Shown here piece after piece: positions 1-10,730 of a DNA stretch of 64,000 bases; within the stretch, counting starts at the first letter, position 1, and every line of letters starts with the position of its first letter. Both the position numbers and the translations under genes were made by a program. Source of the DNA: Neocallimastix sp. 'constans' (lineage: Eukaryota); NCBI GenBank assembly GCA_050613775.1, contig JBODTK010000101.1, positions 62,001 through 126,000 on the forward strand, in the 5' to 3' direction. The notes under the pieces were generated by a model. It worked only from the letters and a program-made list of their open reading frames with translations. It was not told the origin of the DNA and did no database searches.

Positions 1-45
1 ATATATTTATTTTTTATTTTAAATTTTTATAAAAATAATATATAA

Positions 46-120
46 TTTTTTTTTTAGACTAGAATTAGAACAAAAGAATACGGCTTAAATAAAAAGAATA
101 AATATATATTTGAGCATCTT
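46..120 (-). mobile_element. Probable LINE 3' terminus remnant (poly(A) tail plus AGTCT end)
   Basis: T-run at 46-55 followed by AGACT, the same junction as the LINE 3' ends at 3103 and 4187. No adjacent coding homology, so the extent is uncertain. Confidence 0.35.
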
Positions 121-140
121 AATATTAATATAATTAATTA

Positions 141-530
<390 letters not shown>

Positions 531-859
531 ACAAATATAATAATAATAAAAGTAATAATAATAAAATAGAAATGACTAACCATCATCAATGGTACTTTAT
601 CCTACCAATACAATATAATTTTTTTTTTTTTTTTATTAAGATGCAATTATTGCCAATTTTAATCTTTATTTATTTCTTCATTTATTAATTACATAATTTT
701 TTTTTTTTTTATAAAAAGCTCCCAATTAATAAAAAAAAAAAAAAAATAAAAATAAATATTATTTGTCCAATTAGAGCATAATAATATTTAAAATAGTAAA
801 GTTGAAATAAAAAAATAACATCTTTGAATTTAGTGATATTCTTTTTCTTAATTTTCTTG

Positions 860-2558
860 TGGAGCACCGGTGATTTTTTTTTTTTTTTTGACCAAGAATA
901 ACATGGCATGGAAAGGGATATGGTTTAGGAGATCTTTTTAAATAATACATTTAGAATTTCACCATTTACAAAAGCATTTTATTTGAAAAGAAACATAAAA
1001 GCCAGCAATTGGAAAATACTTGAAGATCACGAGATAAGGCATAAACACGAACGGTTGAGTTCCTTTTGATATAATTTTTATTATTTTTTTTTTCTTCTTT
1101 TCAATGTTAAGATAAATCTTCCTTATTTGAGGAATCAGAATCGAATATATCACAACAATGTAGTGTTAATTAAGAATTGTACATTCTTAGAATTTTTTTT
1201 TTGTTTTGTTTGAACCAAAGAGTGGAGCACAATATAATGCTTTGCTAATAATACATGATGGAATTGATAGATCTTTTAATGGAACTTTATTATTGGATAA
1301 AAAAAAAAAAACTAGAGAAAGAAAATTTAAGGATTTTCTAACTTTAGTATTTCTATAAGTGATAAATAGGCTCAAGGGAAAGATCATTACTGAAGGGAAT
1401 ACCTAAGTAAATATATACAGATGCTTTAGGGATAGAATACATACCAAAGGTGAAATGTACGTTCTTCATAACCAAGAATAATAAAGCATAATTTGGGGGG
1501 TTTAATAACCATGGTAGCCTATTTATTGATACCAAACCAAAAGACATTTCATTTTTATTAGCCCAACAAAAAAAAAAAAAAAAACATGACGAAGTAGAGC
1601 CTTCATTTTTCTTTCACTAGGCGCTATTAGAACAATATCATCAGCAAAAAAAAAAAGACCACCACAATATTTTTTTTTTTTTTTTTGATTACCAATACGA
1701 ACACCATATTTATCACAATTATTTAAAAGTATTCATTAATGAATAAATTAAATAAAATTGATGATAATGAGCAACCTTGTCTAACCCCAAGATGAATAGG
1801 AAATTCATTTGATAACATGTCAAGGTAACGAGCTCTAGCTTTGGAAGTTAAGGTAGAGCTTAGAAATGAAATCAAAACATTTGTCAAGAATATCAAGATG
1901 AAAGAATTTTTTTTAAGAATGTTGAAAAAAATGGGAACAGAATCAAAGGCTTTTTTTTTTCAAATCAAGAAAAGCTACATATTTGAATTAATCTAGCAGG
2001 TGAATATTTCTTATTATGACTGCTTAACCATTTTTTAATTCCATTTCAAAGAAAGCATTTAAAGGAGCTTCAGGTCATCTATATTAAGGAAAGTAAATAT
2101 TGGCAATAAAACATTTTTGATTCCAAAAATGACGTCAGACCAACCGATATAATGTAAGTGTAGTTGGCATTTTCATCAGCATAAAAACAAGAAATTATGA
2201 AAACCGATATATAAATCTCTCATTCTAGAGATTTTTTTTGAATTAGCACGAAAGAAAAAAAAATTGTAACCAAAAAAATAAAAAAAATAAAAATAAAAAA
2301 TAAAAAATAAAAAATAAAAAATAAAAGGAGAAATTCCCTTTTAGAGAGGAATTTAACTTTTTTTTTACCAGTTTTCTTGAAAGCATATACATACAGGTTT
2401 AAATAATGAATTTAAATACATACATAACACATAACACATAACACCATCTTTCTTTTTTCAGAATTCCAACCATTTTTATTCTATTCCAGCTAGAGTATAA
2501 ATTTGAAGAAAGAAGGGCCTTGAATATAAATGACATGAATAGATTTCTCTGAGCATAC

Positions 2559-2614
<56 letters not shown>

Positions 2615-3030
2615 TTTTTCTCTTGATTTTTTTTTTTTTTTTCTTTTTTTTTTATTTATTTATTTTTAATTTTTCTTAAACTTTATTATATTTGGAATTG
2701 TGATCATTATAATTTGAATAACCTTTACATTCTTTATAATTAAAAGATCATAGAATTGTTTTAAAGGTATTACTATTGAGAGCATTTACTTTAATAATAA
2801 AATAAGAACCACATGATGGTGAAAATTTTCTTTTTTCTAACTATTGAAAAGATGATATTTAAAAAAAAAAAAGAACTAGCTAAATTAACGATTGTAAAGT
2901 TTTTTTTTTTTATTATTATAATTAAAATCAATAATGTCTGCCTCTCTTCCATAATTTCTGAAAAGAGGAGATAGATTGGCATTTTCATTTAGAATAATTA
3001 CCTGAAATAATTTAGTTCTTAAACAAAATA
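860..3030 (-). pseudogene. Heavily decayed non-LTR retrotransposon (RT core, post-RT region, APE N-terminus)
   Basis: Frameshifted minus-strand peptides collinear with the intact ORF: PCYSWSKK (~900), KCFCKW (~965), ALYCAPLFGSNK (~1220), YIYLGIPFSNDLSLEPI (~1400), FADDIVLIAP (~1640), PIHLGVRQGCSLSSILFNLFIN (~1770), FLDL..KKAFDSVP (~1950), and an APE start PVCICFQE / GWNSEK (~2380-2490). Boundaries approximate. Confidence 0.85.
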
Positions 3031-3032
3031 TC

Positions 3033-3069
<37 letters not shown>

Positions 3070-3085
3070 AAAAAAGATCATATAC

Positions 3086-3450
3086 TTTTTTTTTTTTTTT
3101 TTAGACTTACAGAATAACTTTATTTAATTTATAATATATAATAATAATAATAATTACATGATTAAAAATTTAAAATGAAAAAAAAATTCAAATACATGAA
3201 ATGAAAATATTATATATATTATAATAATTTATAAAAGTGCGTTAGAAGCAAGAGCCTTCTAACTTCTAACTTTTTCCCATTCCTCGATGATAACACTACG
3301 TCCATTATGACGAGTAATAATTTCAGTATTAGTGGTTTATCAAACGAAATCTGTAATCAGATTCTTTCACTGGAAGGTGAAAATCCATGCCTTATCAATT
3401 TCGACGTCGACGCTCATAGCAAAACGGAATACCATTTCATCATCAATCTA
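3086..3450 (-). mobile_element. LINE 3' fragment (distinct subfamily) with poly(A) tail
   Basis: T-run 3086-3102 plus AGACT; AATAAA on the minus strand at 3119-3124. Degenerate C-terminal coding similarity (SVDV.., SVIIEEWEK) to SVDVVTIRQ / GVIFDEWEELE of the intact ORF. Confidence 0.75.
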
Positions 3451-3454
3451 TTTA

Positions 3455-3572
3455 TTTTTTTTTTTTTTTATAGACAGGGAAGAGAATACACTTCCAAAAC
3501 TTTATTAAATTTTATTTTAAAAAATACATGTAGGTGAAAAGTACATTTGAAATTAAAAATAAAAAATTAAAA

Positions 3573-3612
<40 letters not shown>

Positions 3613-4138
3613 TATGTATTTCGGCAAAGTTGTACTATGCGGGAATTTTTCCCTTCCTAACAAATAAAAAAGAAATAAAACCAGGAAGTAACATCTTTAA
3701 AATAGATAGTGTGGTGTCCACATAAACTCTCCCCGAATTCATCATTTATTGAAATACTAAAGGCGAGATTTCCCCTTCGTAGAAATAAGATGATGATCCT
3801 TGTATGATCATTATGCCTTATCAGTACGACGTCGACGCTCTTGGATAAGTTTGGTATTTTGCAATACCTATCAAATAATAGCTCAAACGAACTACTAATG
3901 ATAGGTATTACACTTGTTAAGAATTCCGCCAAGCCCACAATTTTTGGAACAGGTGAACTCAGATGAACCTTTGAAAAGTAGTTCATTCAATTGTCTCTGT
4001 TCCCCACTATCGAAATGTAGCTCATTTAAAACTAAAGTCCCACCAAGAAGGAACAAGTATATATAATGATTGATATAATCTTCAAAATTAGAAAATAGAG
4101 TCATAGGAAGAAAGAGGATTAAACACTCTAATCTTCTT

Positions 4139-4142
<4 letters not shown>
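3455..4142 (-). mobile_element. Older LINE (subfamily B), 3' part, split by the intact element
   Basis: T-run plus AGACAGGGAAGAGAATACACTTCCAAAAC at 3472. Frameshifted peptides YLFLLGG..DSGEQRQLNELLF and VGLAEFLTSVIPII..KSVDVVLIR match LCILLGG..GSGERRRLINNIF and VGLAEFLTNVMPIV..KSVDVVTIR of the intact ORF. Confidence 0.9.
4129..4142 (+). repeat. Target-site duplication, left copy TAATCTTCTTAAGG
   Basis: Directly abuts the 44-nt T-run (4143-4186); identical 14-mer at 9090-9103. Confidence 0.93.
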
Positions 4143-4189
<47 letters not shown>

Positions 4190-7100
4190 CTAGGAATAAA
4201 CTTTATTTAATAATATTTTTTTAAAAAATACATGAAATTTAAATACATGAAATTTTTTTATATTAATATTAAAAAACTACGTTATGAGCTTCGAGGACGA
4301 AAAGGCCTCTAACTCTTCCCATTCATCGAAGATAACCCCATGTGGATGAAAATTATCATTCGAATCTGTATCAGAATTTCTTCTTTGCCTTATCGTTACG
4401 ACGTCGACACTCTTGACAACGGTAGGTCTAACACTATACAAATCGATCATGGTGTAAAAATCACCAATCACAATAGGCATAACGTTAGTAAGGAATTCCG
4501 CAAGCCCCACAAAAAATGAAATCGGGAAAGAAGACTCGTTCGAAGGTGATTGAAAAATATTATTAATAAGTCGCCTTCTTTCCCCCGAGCCGATCTTTAA
4601 GATTTCAAATACTGCATTTCCGCCAAGAAGGATACACAGCACGTAAAAATTGATATTATCATCAAAATCTTCCTCTTTATCATCAGGAATGTTCAATGAT
4701 TTCTCATGAACAATTAGAGAAAAATTAATAAAAATTTCATCAACAAAGGGAATGAAATGTTGCCTAAATTCTTCAAATTTAGGACATAAAAGTATCCAGT
4801 GTGTAAAACTAGGTATGCTGTTACTCTCACCACAACAAGGGCAGTATGTTGGGCAATTTTCTGATACTAGATTACTTTTAACATACGTTTTTACATCAAA
4901 TTTGAATCCACATTTAATTCGTCCAATCCAAAAAAATCCAAGAGAAAATTGTGAATATTTAAGTGATAGACGATGAATAAATTTTTTAAAACCAAATTTA
5001 AATTTCTTGTATTTTGTAGATCTGATCGCAGGAGTGCTTGAATAATGAATATTTTCCCAGTAAAACTTCCTTATTTCTCCAGGAAGTTTATTACTGTGCT
5101 TGTGTACTGCTAAACTCCGTGCTTTTTTCGTCCATGAATAGTGAGAAAGTGTAGGTATATTTTTGACTAAATGAGAAATAATACAAGAAGAATCTTTCCA
5201 CTTTTTAAAGCATCGAATCATCGCCTTAGCACAAAAACTAGCTATAGGAGGTATAGAAAGTTCCTTAGACATATTGTAAATTGAAGTATTGGAGGTTTTA
5301 TTTTTAAACCCGAAACTCCAATACAAACCTCGATTAAAAGCAGTTTGAGCTTTTTCAGTATTCTTTTTATTTGAACCAAGTAAGGGAGCATAATAAAGAA
5401 CTGAACTAAGGACAAAAGAAACTAGTATACGAGTTTTAAAGTAGAAAGGAACATTCCTATTGGTTAAAAATCTAAAGAAAGAGTTAACTGTATAATTAAT
5501 TATACTGTTCATCTTAGCAATAATAGGTTTTAAATCCAACGATTCATTAAAAGGTATACCAAGATATGTATATTGATTAGTGCTTGGTATATAGTTCATA
5601 CCAAGTCTAAATGTAGGATTTTCATAATGTCTTGAAGGAATAAAATTCTTTGGTTTAACAACTAGTGTAGCGCATTTATTGATTCCAAAGGTCATTTCAT
5701 TTTTAATACCCCAATCATGAGCAATATTCAAAAGGTTTTTAAGTGAAGATTTTGTAGGAGCTAATAATACAATATCATCAGCAAATAATCCACCACAACA
5801 CTTTTTCTCTTCAGTAATCACACCATATCTTTTACATTTATCAAAAATATCATTGATAAATATATTGAATAAGATAGGTGAGAGAGGACACCCTTGGCGA
5901 ACACCACGGTGTATTGGAAATTCTTTTGAAAGTTTACCATTAAAGATTGCACGAGCTTTCGAGGTAAGGTATAGATTAGTAATGAATTGAAGGCATTTAC
6001 CACGAATACCAAGATTATCTAGTTTAATAAGTATATTGTAAATTGGAACTGAATCATAAGCTTTTTTAAGGTCAAGAAAGGCAAGAAAGGTAAATTTATC
6101 CTTAAATTTTCTTCTTTGACAAATTTCACGAATGGATACAAATAAACTAATACATTCTTCTTTATTTCTAAAACCAAACTGTTCTGGTCTAATTATTCCA
6201 TTAGAAAAAGCATAGTCCGATATTCTTTTAGTGACAATTTTTGATAGAATTTTTAAACCTACATTGATGAGTGAAATACCACGATAATTATTACAATCTG
6301 AAAGATCCCCTTTTTTAGGAATAGAAACAATAGAAGCAGAGTTCCATTCATTAGGAAAGTCACCATCCCAAATTTTATTAAAAAGTAATAACAGACACTT
6401 TGCACAATCGGAATAAGTAACCTCTTGATTAGAGTCATCCTGAGAAGAATTTCTACTCTCAGAATTAAAAAATGTTTTAAAAAATTCTGTAGGTATACCA
6501 TCAGGACCAGGTGCTTTGTTATTTTTCATTGAAAGAACAGTTGAATGAATTTCTGACATGGAAATAGGTTGATTAATATCCCATGATTCCTGAGGAGTAG
6601 AAGAATTATTAAGTATTCTTTTCCAATAATTTTCATTAAGACTGTGACCAGTTATATCAGAAGCAAGTTCTTCATAGTGTTCTGCAAAACGATTGAGTTG
6701 ATCTTCTTGGGATACTAGAACATTACCTTCTTTATCTTTAATGTATACAGGTGATTGGGAAGGAGAGTAAGAAGGTTTAGAAATTTTCTTAAGTCCAGAC
6801 CAACCACGCTGGGCATCATTTTTTAAGAAACATTCGCCGATGGAATGAATCAAATTTTTAAATCTAATATTTCTAATATTTCTTTTAATACTAATGATAT
6901 AATCAGAGAGAACTCTATATTCTTTTGAGAGATCACAAAATTCTTGAAGATTTGACAAATCATTACGAAGTTTAAAATTTTTAATCCTTTTATAAAATAA
7001 ATGTTTTTCATGTGATAATTTCTTAATATAAGCAGGACAATGGAACGCTGAACCCTGTAAATTTGTAGGAACTCTTGCTTGAATGTCATCGCCTATTTTA

Positions 7101-9089
7101 TTTGCTGTGTCAAGAAGTTTTTTAACCATTGTATTAGAGTCTAGATTATCATTATGTTCAAATTCATCCAGTAAACATGTGAATTTATTATGAGAGAAGA
7201 TTGCTTCACGTTTATCCCTACAAATTCGATTAGACCACTTAATTTGTTTATCCCGAGGGGGAGTAACAAAACCATCAGGAGATATTTTTTTACAAGAAAG
7301 AATAAGTGGTAAATGGTCAGAGATGTCATTAAAAGAGTAGCATACAGAAGCAATATTCAGATAATTTCTTAATTTATCGTTCACTACTATAAAATCAATA
7401 CAAGAATTCTTTCCACCATTAGACCAAGTAAATTGATGACCAACCATATCCATAACAAACCATTGAGGGGAAATTCTAAGAATAAGATCTTTGAGTTGTT
7501 GCTTAGTCATGTTGAAATCACCAACAATAGCCGAAGGGTTATTCTGATGGTTCTTGAGCCAATTAGCAAAATCAGTTTCCGCTTTTTCTCTAGAGTCTTT
7601 GTGTTTTTTGCTAGGGATGTAAATGTTCCCTAAAGAACATCTGACACCCCAAAAAGAGAATATATTTACTGAGAGTATATATCTATATTCAAAATCATCA
7701 TTAGTGAATTGGCAGGAGGAGTGCACACCTATATAAAGGCCCCTCATACCAGGGATTTTTTTGTCCGCACGTCTCAGTACTGTTCTATAATGATTAAGGA
7801 ATGGATATGAGTTAGAAAAGGAGTTAAGGAATGAACTATTACCGACTTCTTGAAGACAAATACAAATAGGATTAAAGATTGAATTAAAATTGGTAAGTCC
7901 GTCACGTTTTTCAGAATTCCAACCATTTATGTTCCAGCTAATACAGAGGTTGAAATATTTAGTATTCGAGAAAGGGTTAGCATACAGGAGGCTTTCAGAG
8001 ATGGGGATTGAGGGTTCAGAATAATACCTGGTTCTATTATGATTAACATTACTAAATGTGCGTATCCTTGAAGTAATCTTCCATTTAATTCTTTTAACAG
8101 GTAAGTGCTTAGTAATCAAATAAATAACCTTCAAATAATCCGTACAATTATTATAGTTAACTCTTAGGATGAAGTAGTTTTCCATATTAATATAGTGTTT
8201 TTTAACAATTCCATGAACAACTTCATTACAATTTGATATCTTTTTGCTTAAAAATTCCCATAGTCTACTTTCAGTCCAAGATTCAAGATCATGAATGAAA
8301 ATTAAAACAAATTTATCATGGTCAGGACCATAAAGTCGCAGACCTCTTCGTATAGTTGACATAATAAAATAAAAAACTTATCTATATTAATAAAAAGTAA
8401 GTGTAATAAAAAAATAAAAAATAAAATTAGTAAAAATTAAAAAATTAAAAAAAAAATAAAAATTTATTGCTGTTGTCTTCTCTTTCGTGTATATTGTTTG
8501 CTAAAACTTGTTTGTTTTTCTTTCTTTTTGTGTTGACTAGTTTTAATTAATGATTTTCAATTATAAATTCCTGTTTTATGTAAAAATTTCTGTAAAATAA
8601 TCATATATAATATAAAATTTAAGTGTTAATGAAATAATAGTTGTGAAAAACTATAAAAAGATTCCCATCCGTTAAATAATGTCTCAAACACAAGCTTTGG
8701 AGTGAATCAATCTCCTACATTTCCATTTTACAATAGCTACATGAGAGTATAAATAATACTATAGAAAAAAACATATACAAAATAATGCTAAAGTAAAAAA
8801 TACAATAGATTCATTACAATGATAATATGTAGAAACTACATGATATTATTAATTGTACAACTCCAATGTTACTACATATCCAGTTTAAGACATTATAGAA
8901 CGTCAAGTTCACTTTCTACAGTCTTCCAGTATTCCAGATTTCTCTCTTCGTACTAGAAGCCACTTTAGAAAGGATAACCATTGATTATCATCAGAATCAC
9001 AGAAAGCTGTAATTAGTACACCTGATATAGGTTATTCCTTTTCCATCAACCCTCCATGGACCTGGAAAAACAGTCCACTTCATTGGGGA
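4143..9089 (-). mobile_element. Intact, probably recently inserted single-ORF non-LTR retrotransposon (APE-type LINE)
   Basis: Poly(A) tail 4143-4186; 90-nt 3' UTR with AATAAA at 4202-4207; uninterrupted 1361-aa ORF; ~727-nt 5' region (8363-9089); perfect 14-bp TSD. Confidence 0.93.
4277..8362 (-). CDS. LINE polyprotein: N-terminal extension + AP endonuclease + reverse transcriptase + C-terminal CCHC zinc finger
   Basis: APE motifs SWNING, CLQE, GDFN, FTW, IDFI, SDH. RT motifs KAPGPDG, NYRGISL, QFGFR, FLDLKKAYDSV, GVRQGCPLSPILFN, FADD, YLGI. Zinc finger CPCC..HWILLC. Confidence 0.97.
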   Translation of the reverse strand: MSTIRRGLRLYGPDHDKFVLIFIHDLESWTESRLWEFLSKKISNCNEVVHGIVKKHYINMENYFILRVNYNNCTDYLKVIYLITKHLPVKRIKWKITSRIRTFSNVNHNRTRYYSEPSIPISESLLYANPFSNTKYFNLCISWNINGWNSEKRDGLTNFNSIFNPICICLQEVGNSSFLNSFSNSYPFLNHYRTVLRRADKKIPGMRGLYIGVHSSCQFTNDDFEYRYILSVNIFSFWGVRCSLGNIYIPSKKHKDSREKAETDFANWLKNHQNNPSAIVGDFNMTKQQLKDLILRISPQWFVMDMVGHQFTWSNGGKNSCIDFIVVNDKLRNYLNIASVCYSFNDISDHLPLILSCKKISPDGFVTPPRDKQIKWSNRICRDKREAIFSHNKFTCLLDEFEHNDNLDSNTMVKKLLDTANKIGDDIQARVPTNLQGSAFHCPAYIKKLSHEKHLFYKRIKNFKLRNDLSNLQEFCDLSKEYRVLSDYIISIKRNIRNIRFKNLIHSIGECFLKNDAQRGWSGLKKISKPSYSPSQSPVYIKDKEGNVLVSQEDQLNRFAEHYEELASDITGHSLNENYWKRILNNSSTPQESWDINQPISMSEIHSTVLSMKNNKAPGPDGIPTEFFKTFFNSESRNSSQDDSNQEVTYSDCAKCLLLLFNKIWDGDFPNEWNSASIVSIPKKGDLSDCNNYRGISLINVGLKILSKIVTKRISDYAFSNGIIRPEQFGFRNKEECISLFVSIREICQRRKFKDKFTFLAFLDLKKAYDSVPIYNILIKLDNLGIRGKCLQFITNLYLTSKARAIFNGKLSKEFPIHRGVRQGCPLSPILFNIFINDIFDKCKRYGVITEEKKCCGGLFADDIVLLAPTKSSLKNLLNIAHDWGIKNEMTFGINKCATLVVKPKNFIPSRHYENPTFRLGMNYIPSTNQYTYLGIPFNESLDLKPIIAKMNSIINYTVNSFFRFLTNRNVPFYFKTRILVSFVLSSVLYYAPLLGSNKKNTEKAQTAFNRGLYWSFGFKNKTSNTSIYNMSKELSIPPIASFCAKAMIRCFKKWKDSSCIISHLVKNIPTLSHYSWTKKARSLAVHKHSNKLPGEIRKFYWENIHYSSTPAIRSTKYKKFKFGFKKFIHRLSLKYSQFSLGFFWIGRIKCGFKFDVKTYVKSNLVSENCPTYCPCCGESNSIPSFTHWILLCPKFEEFRQHFIPFVDEIFINFSLIVHEKSLNIPDDKEEDFDDNINFYVLCILLGGNAVFEILKIGSGERRRLINNIFQSPSNESSFPISFFVGLAEFLTNVMPIVIGDFYTMIDLYSVRPTVVKSVDVVTIRQRRNSDTDSNDNFHPHGVIFDEWEELEAFSSSKLIT

Positions 9090-9103
9090 TAATCTTCTTA
9101 AGG
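9090..9103 (+). repeat. Target-site duplication, right copy TAATCTTCTTAAGG
   Basis: Identical to 4129-4142. Removing the insert rejoins the host LINE peptide ..FIDDLYVLFLKKI|RVFNPLSSYDS..NFEDYINHYIYLFLLGG, with one 1-nt frameshift. Confidence 0.93.
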
Positions 9104-9260
9104 AATAAAACATAGAGATCATCGATGAAATTTAAAGAATTCCATCTAAAAGATGCAAGAGCATCGCATTTAAAAATCCAATGTTCAAAAGATTGATTAC
9201 CTTCACCACAACAGGGGCAAGACTTGGGACAATCTTCTGAAACTCTACCCATTCTAATAG

Positions 9261-9264
<4 letters not shown>

Positions 9265-9303
<39 letters not shown>

Positions 9304-9332
9304 CAGGGAAGAGAATACACTTCCAAAAACTT
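9265..9332 (-). mobile_element. Ultra-truncated LINE-B retrocopy (32 nt plus poly(A)) with 13-14 bp TSD
   Basis: ATTCTAATAGCAAT at 9251-9264 and 9333-9346 flanks T(n)+AGACAGGGAAGAGAATACACTTCCAAAAACTT, which matches the subfamily B 3' end at 3472. Confidence 0.9.
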
Positions 9333-9413
9333 ATTCTAATAGCAATAGTCGTATTGTATTTATAACCACAGCGTAAACGTATAATCCACGAAAACCCTAA
9401 GTTGAATTGGGAA

Positions 9414-9454
9414 TTTTTTTTTTTTTTTTTTTTTTTTTTAGACAGGGAAGAGAA
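9414..9454 (-). mobile_element. Ultra-truncated LINE-B retrocopy (15 nt plus poly(A)) with 11 bp TSD
   Basis: TGAATTGGGAA at 9403-9413 and 9455-9465 flanks T26+AGACAGGGAAGAGAA. Confidence 0.88.
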
Positions 9455-9523
9455 TGAATTGGGAAAATATCCAAAAAAAAAATATATATATATATATATA
9501 TTATTATTATTATTATTTTATGG

Positions 9524-9569
<46 letters not shown>

Positions 9570-9621
9570 TAAATATTTCCTCAGTATTATTATTATTTAT
9601 ATATTTAAAGAAAGTAAAATA

Positions 9622-9652
<31 letters not shown>

Positions 9653-10651
9653 TTAAAATATATTAAATATATTAAACACAATATTCCCTTTTATTTTTAT
9701 TTATTTATTTTTTTGATTTTTTTATTTATTTATTTATTTTATTTAATTTAATTTTTAATTTATTAGTTATTCATTAATCCTTTTTAATTGCTCTCCTTTT
9801 TTTTATCTTGCTTTGAGTAAAAATTAATAAAAATAATTATAAATTAAAAAAAAAATAATAATAAAAATAAAAATAAAATAAAAAGTAACTTAAACATAAA
9901 AAAAATAATAAATGGTATCATTAAAAAATAAAATATACAAAAAAAATAATTTTTATTTTTTTTTTTCTAAAATTCTATTACACTATTTATAAAATTGAGC
10001 CTAAGATTTATAAAAAAAAAAATTATATTTGATTATGATAAAAAAATTTGATAGAAATTTAAAAATTTGGTAAAATCCTTTCTTTTTCTTTTAATTTTCT
10101 TTTTCTCATTATTTCCCCCTTCTATATTTTCTTTCTTTCTTTCTATTATAAAAATAGATTTAGACTTTCTTATATAAATGGTAAATATAAATTTTATGGA
10201 TTAAAATGATGTAAAATATTGTATAAAATTTTTTTTGTTGGTTGGCTTATTGATGATTGGTAAAGTGGTAAAGAAATAAATATAATCATTTTATATATAT
10301 ATATAGATATATATAATATGAAAATGATAACTTTTTTTTTTTAAAAAATTAATAATATTTAAAAATTATAAATAGATTAAATATATTATATTTTCCTAAA
10401 ATAATTATATATAATATATATTTATTCCTGAAATAATTCTAAATAATAAATATTTATTCCAGTAATAATCCTATATTTAACATATATATACTTATTCCAG
10501 AAATATATACACATATTTAACCTAAAATAATTTTTTTTTATCCTCCTGTTTATCTTTTTTCTTTTTTTTTTCCTGTTATATATATATTAACTTTCCTTTT
10601 TCTTTTTCTTTTTTCTTTAATAATTATATTTTTTCTTTATTTGTTCATTAC

Positions 10652-10690
<39 letters not shown>

Positions 10691-10730
10691 TTTTTATTTT
10701 TCTCTATAGAATTTTTTTCAAAAAAAAAAA

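Larger units (their letters stand above)
9090..9470 (-). pseudogene. Older LINE (subfamily B), upstream part with the zinc-finger region
   Basis: After removing the micro-insertion at 9265-9332 it reads SQFNLGFSWIIRLRCGYKYNTTIAIRMGRVSEDCPKSCPCCGEGNQSFEHWIFKC, collinear with SQFSLGFFWIGRIKCGFKFDVKTYVKSNLVSENCPTYCPCCGE..FTHWILLC. Confidence 0.92.

Noticed and set aside
4752..7633. Short alternative-frame and antisense ORFs inside the LINE ORF
   Set aside because: Under 85 aa, no motifs, and overlapping a well-supported CDS.
8930..9005. Hammerhead ribozyme in the LINE 5' UTR (CUGAUGA plus hairpin on the minus strand)
   Set aside because: The hairpin is followed by CUUUC, not GAAA, and no consistent stems I/III were found.
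9046..9326. ORFs 9046..9252 and 9132..9326 as an ORF1 of the intact element
   Set aside because: They are chimeras across the TSD and micro-insertion junctions; the CPCC..H..C content belongs to the C-terminus of the older host LINE.
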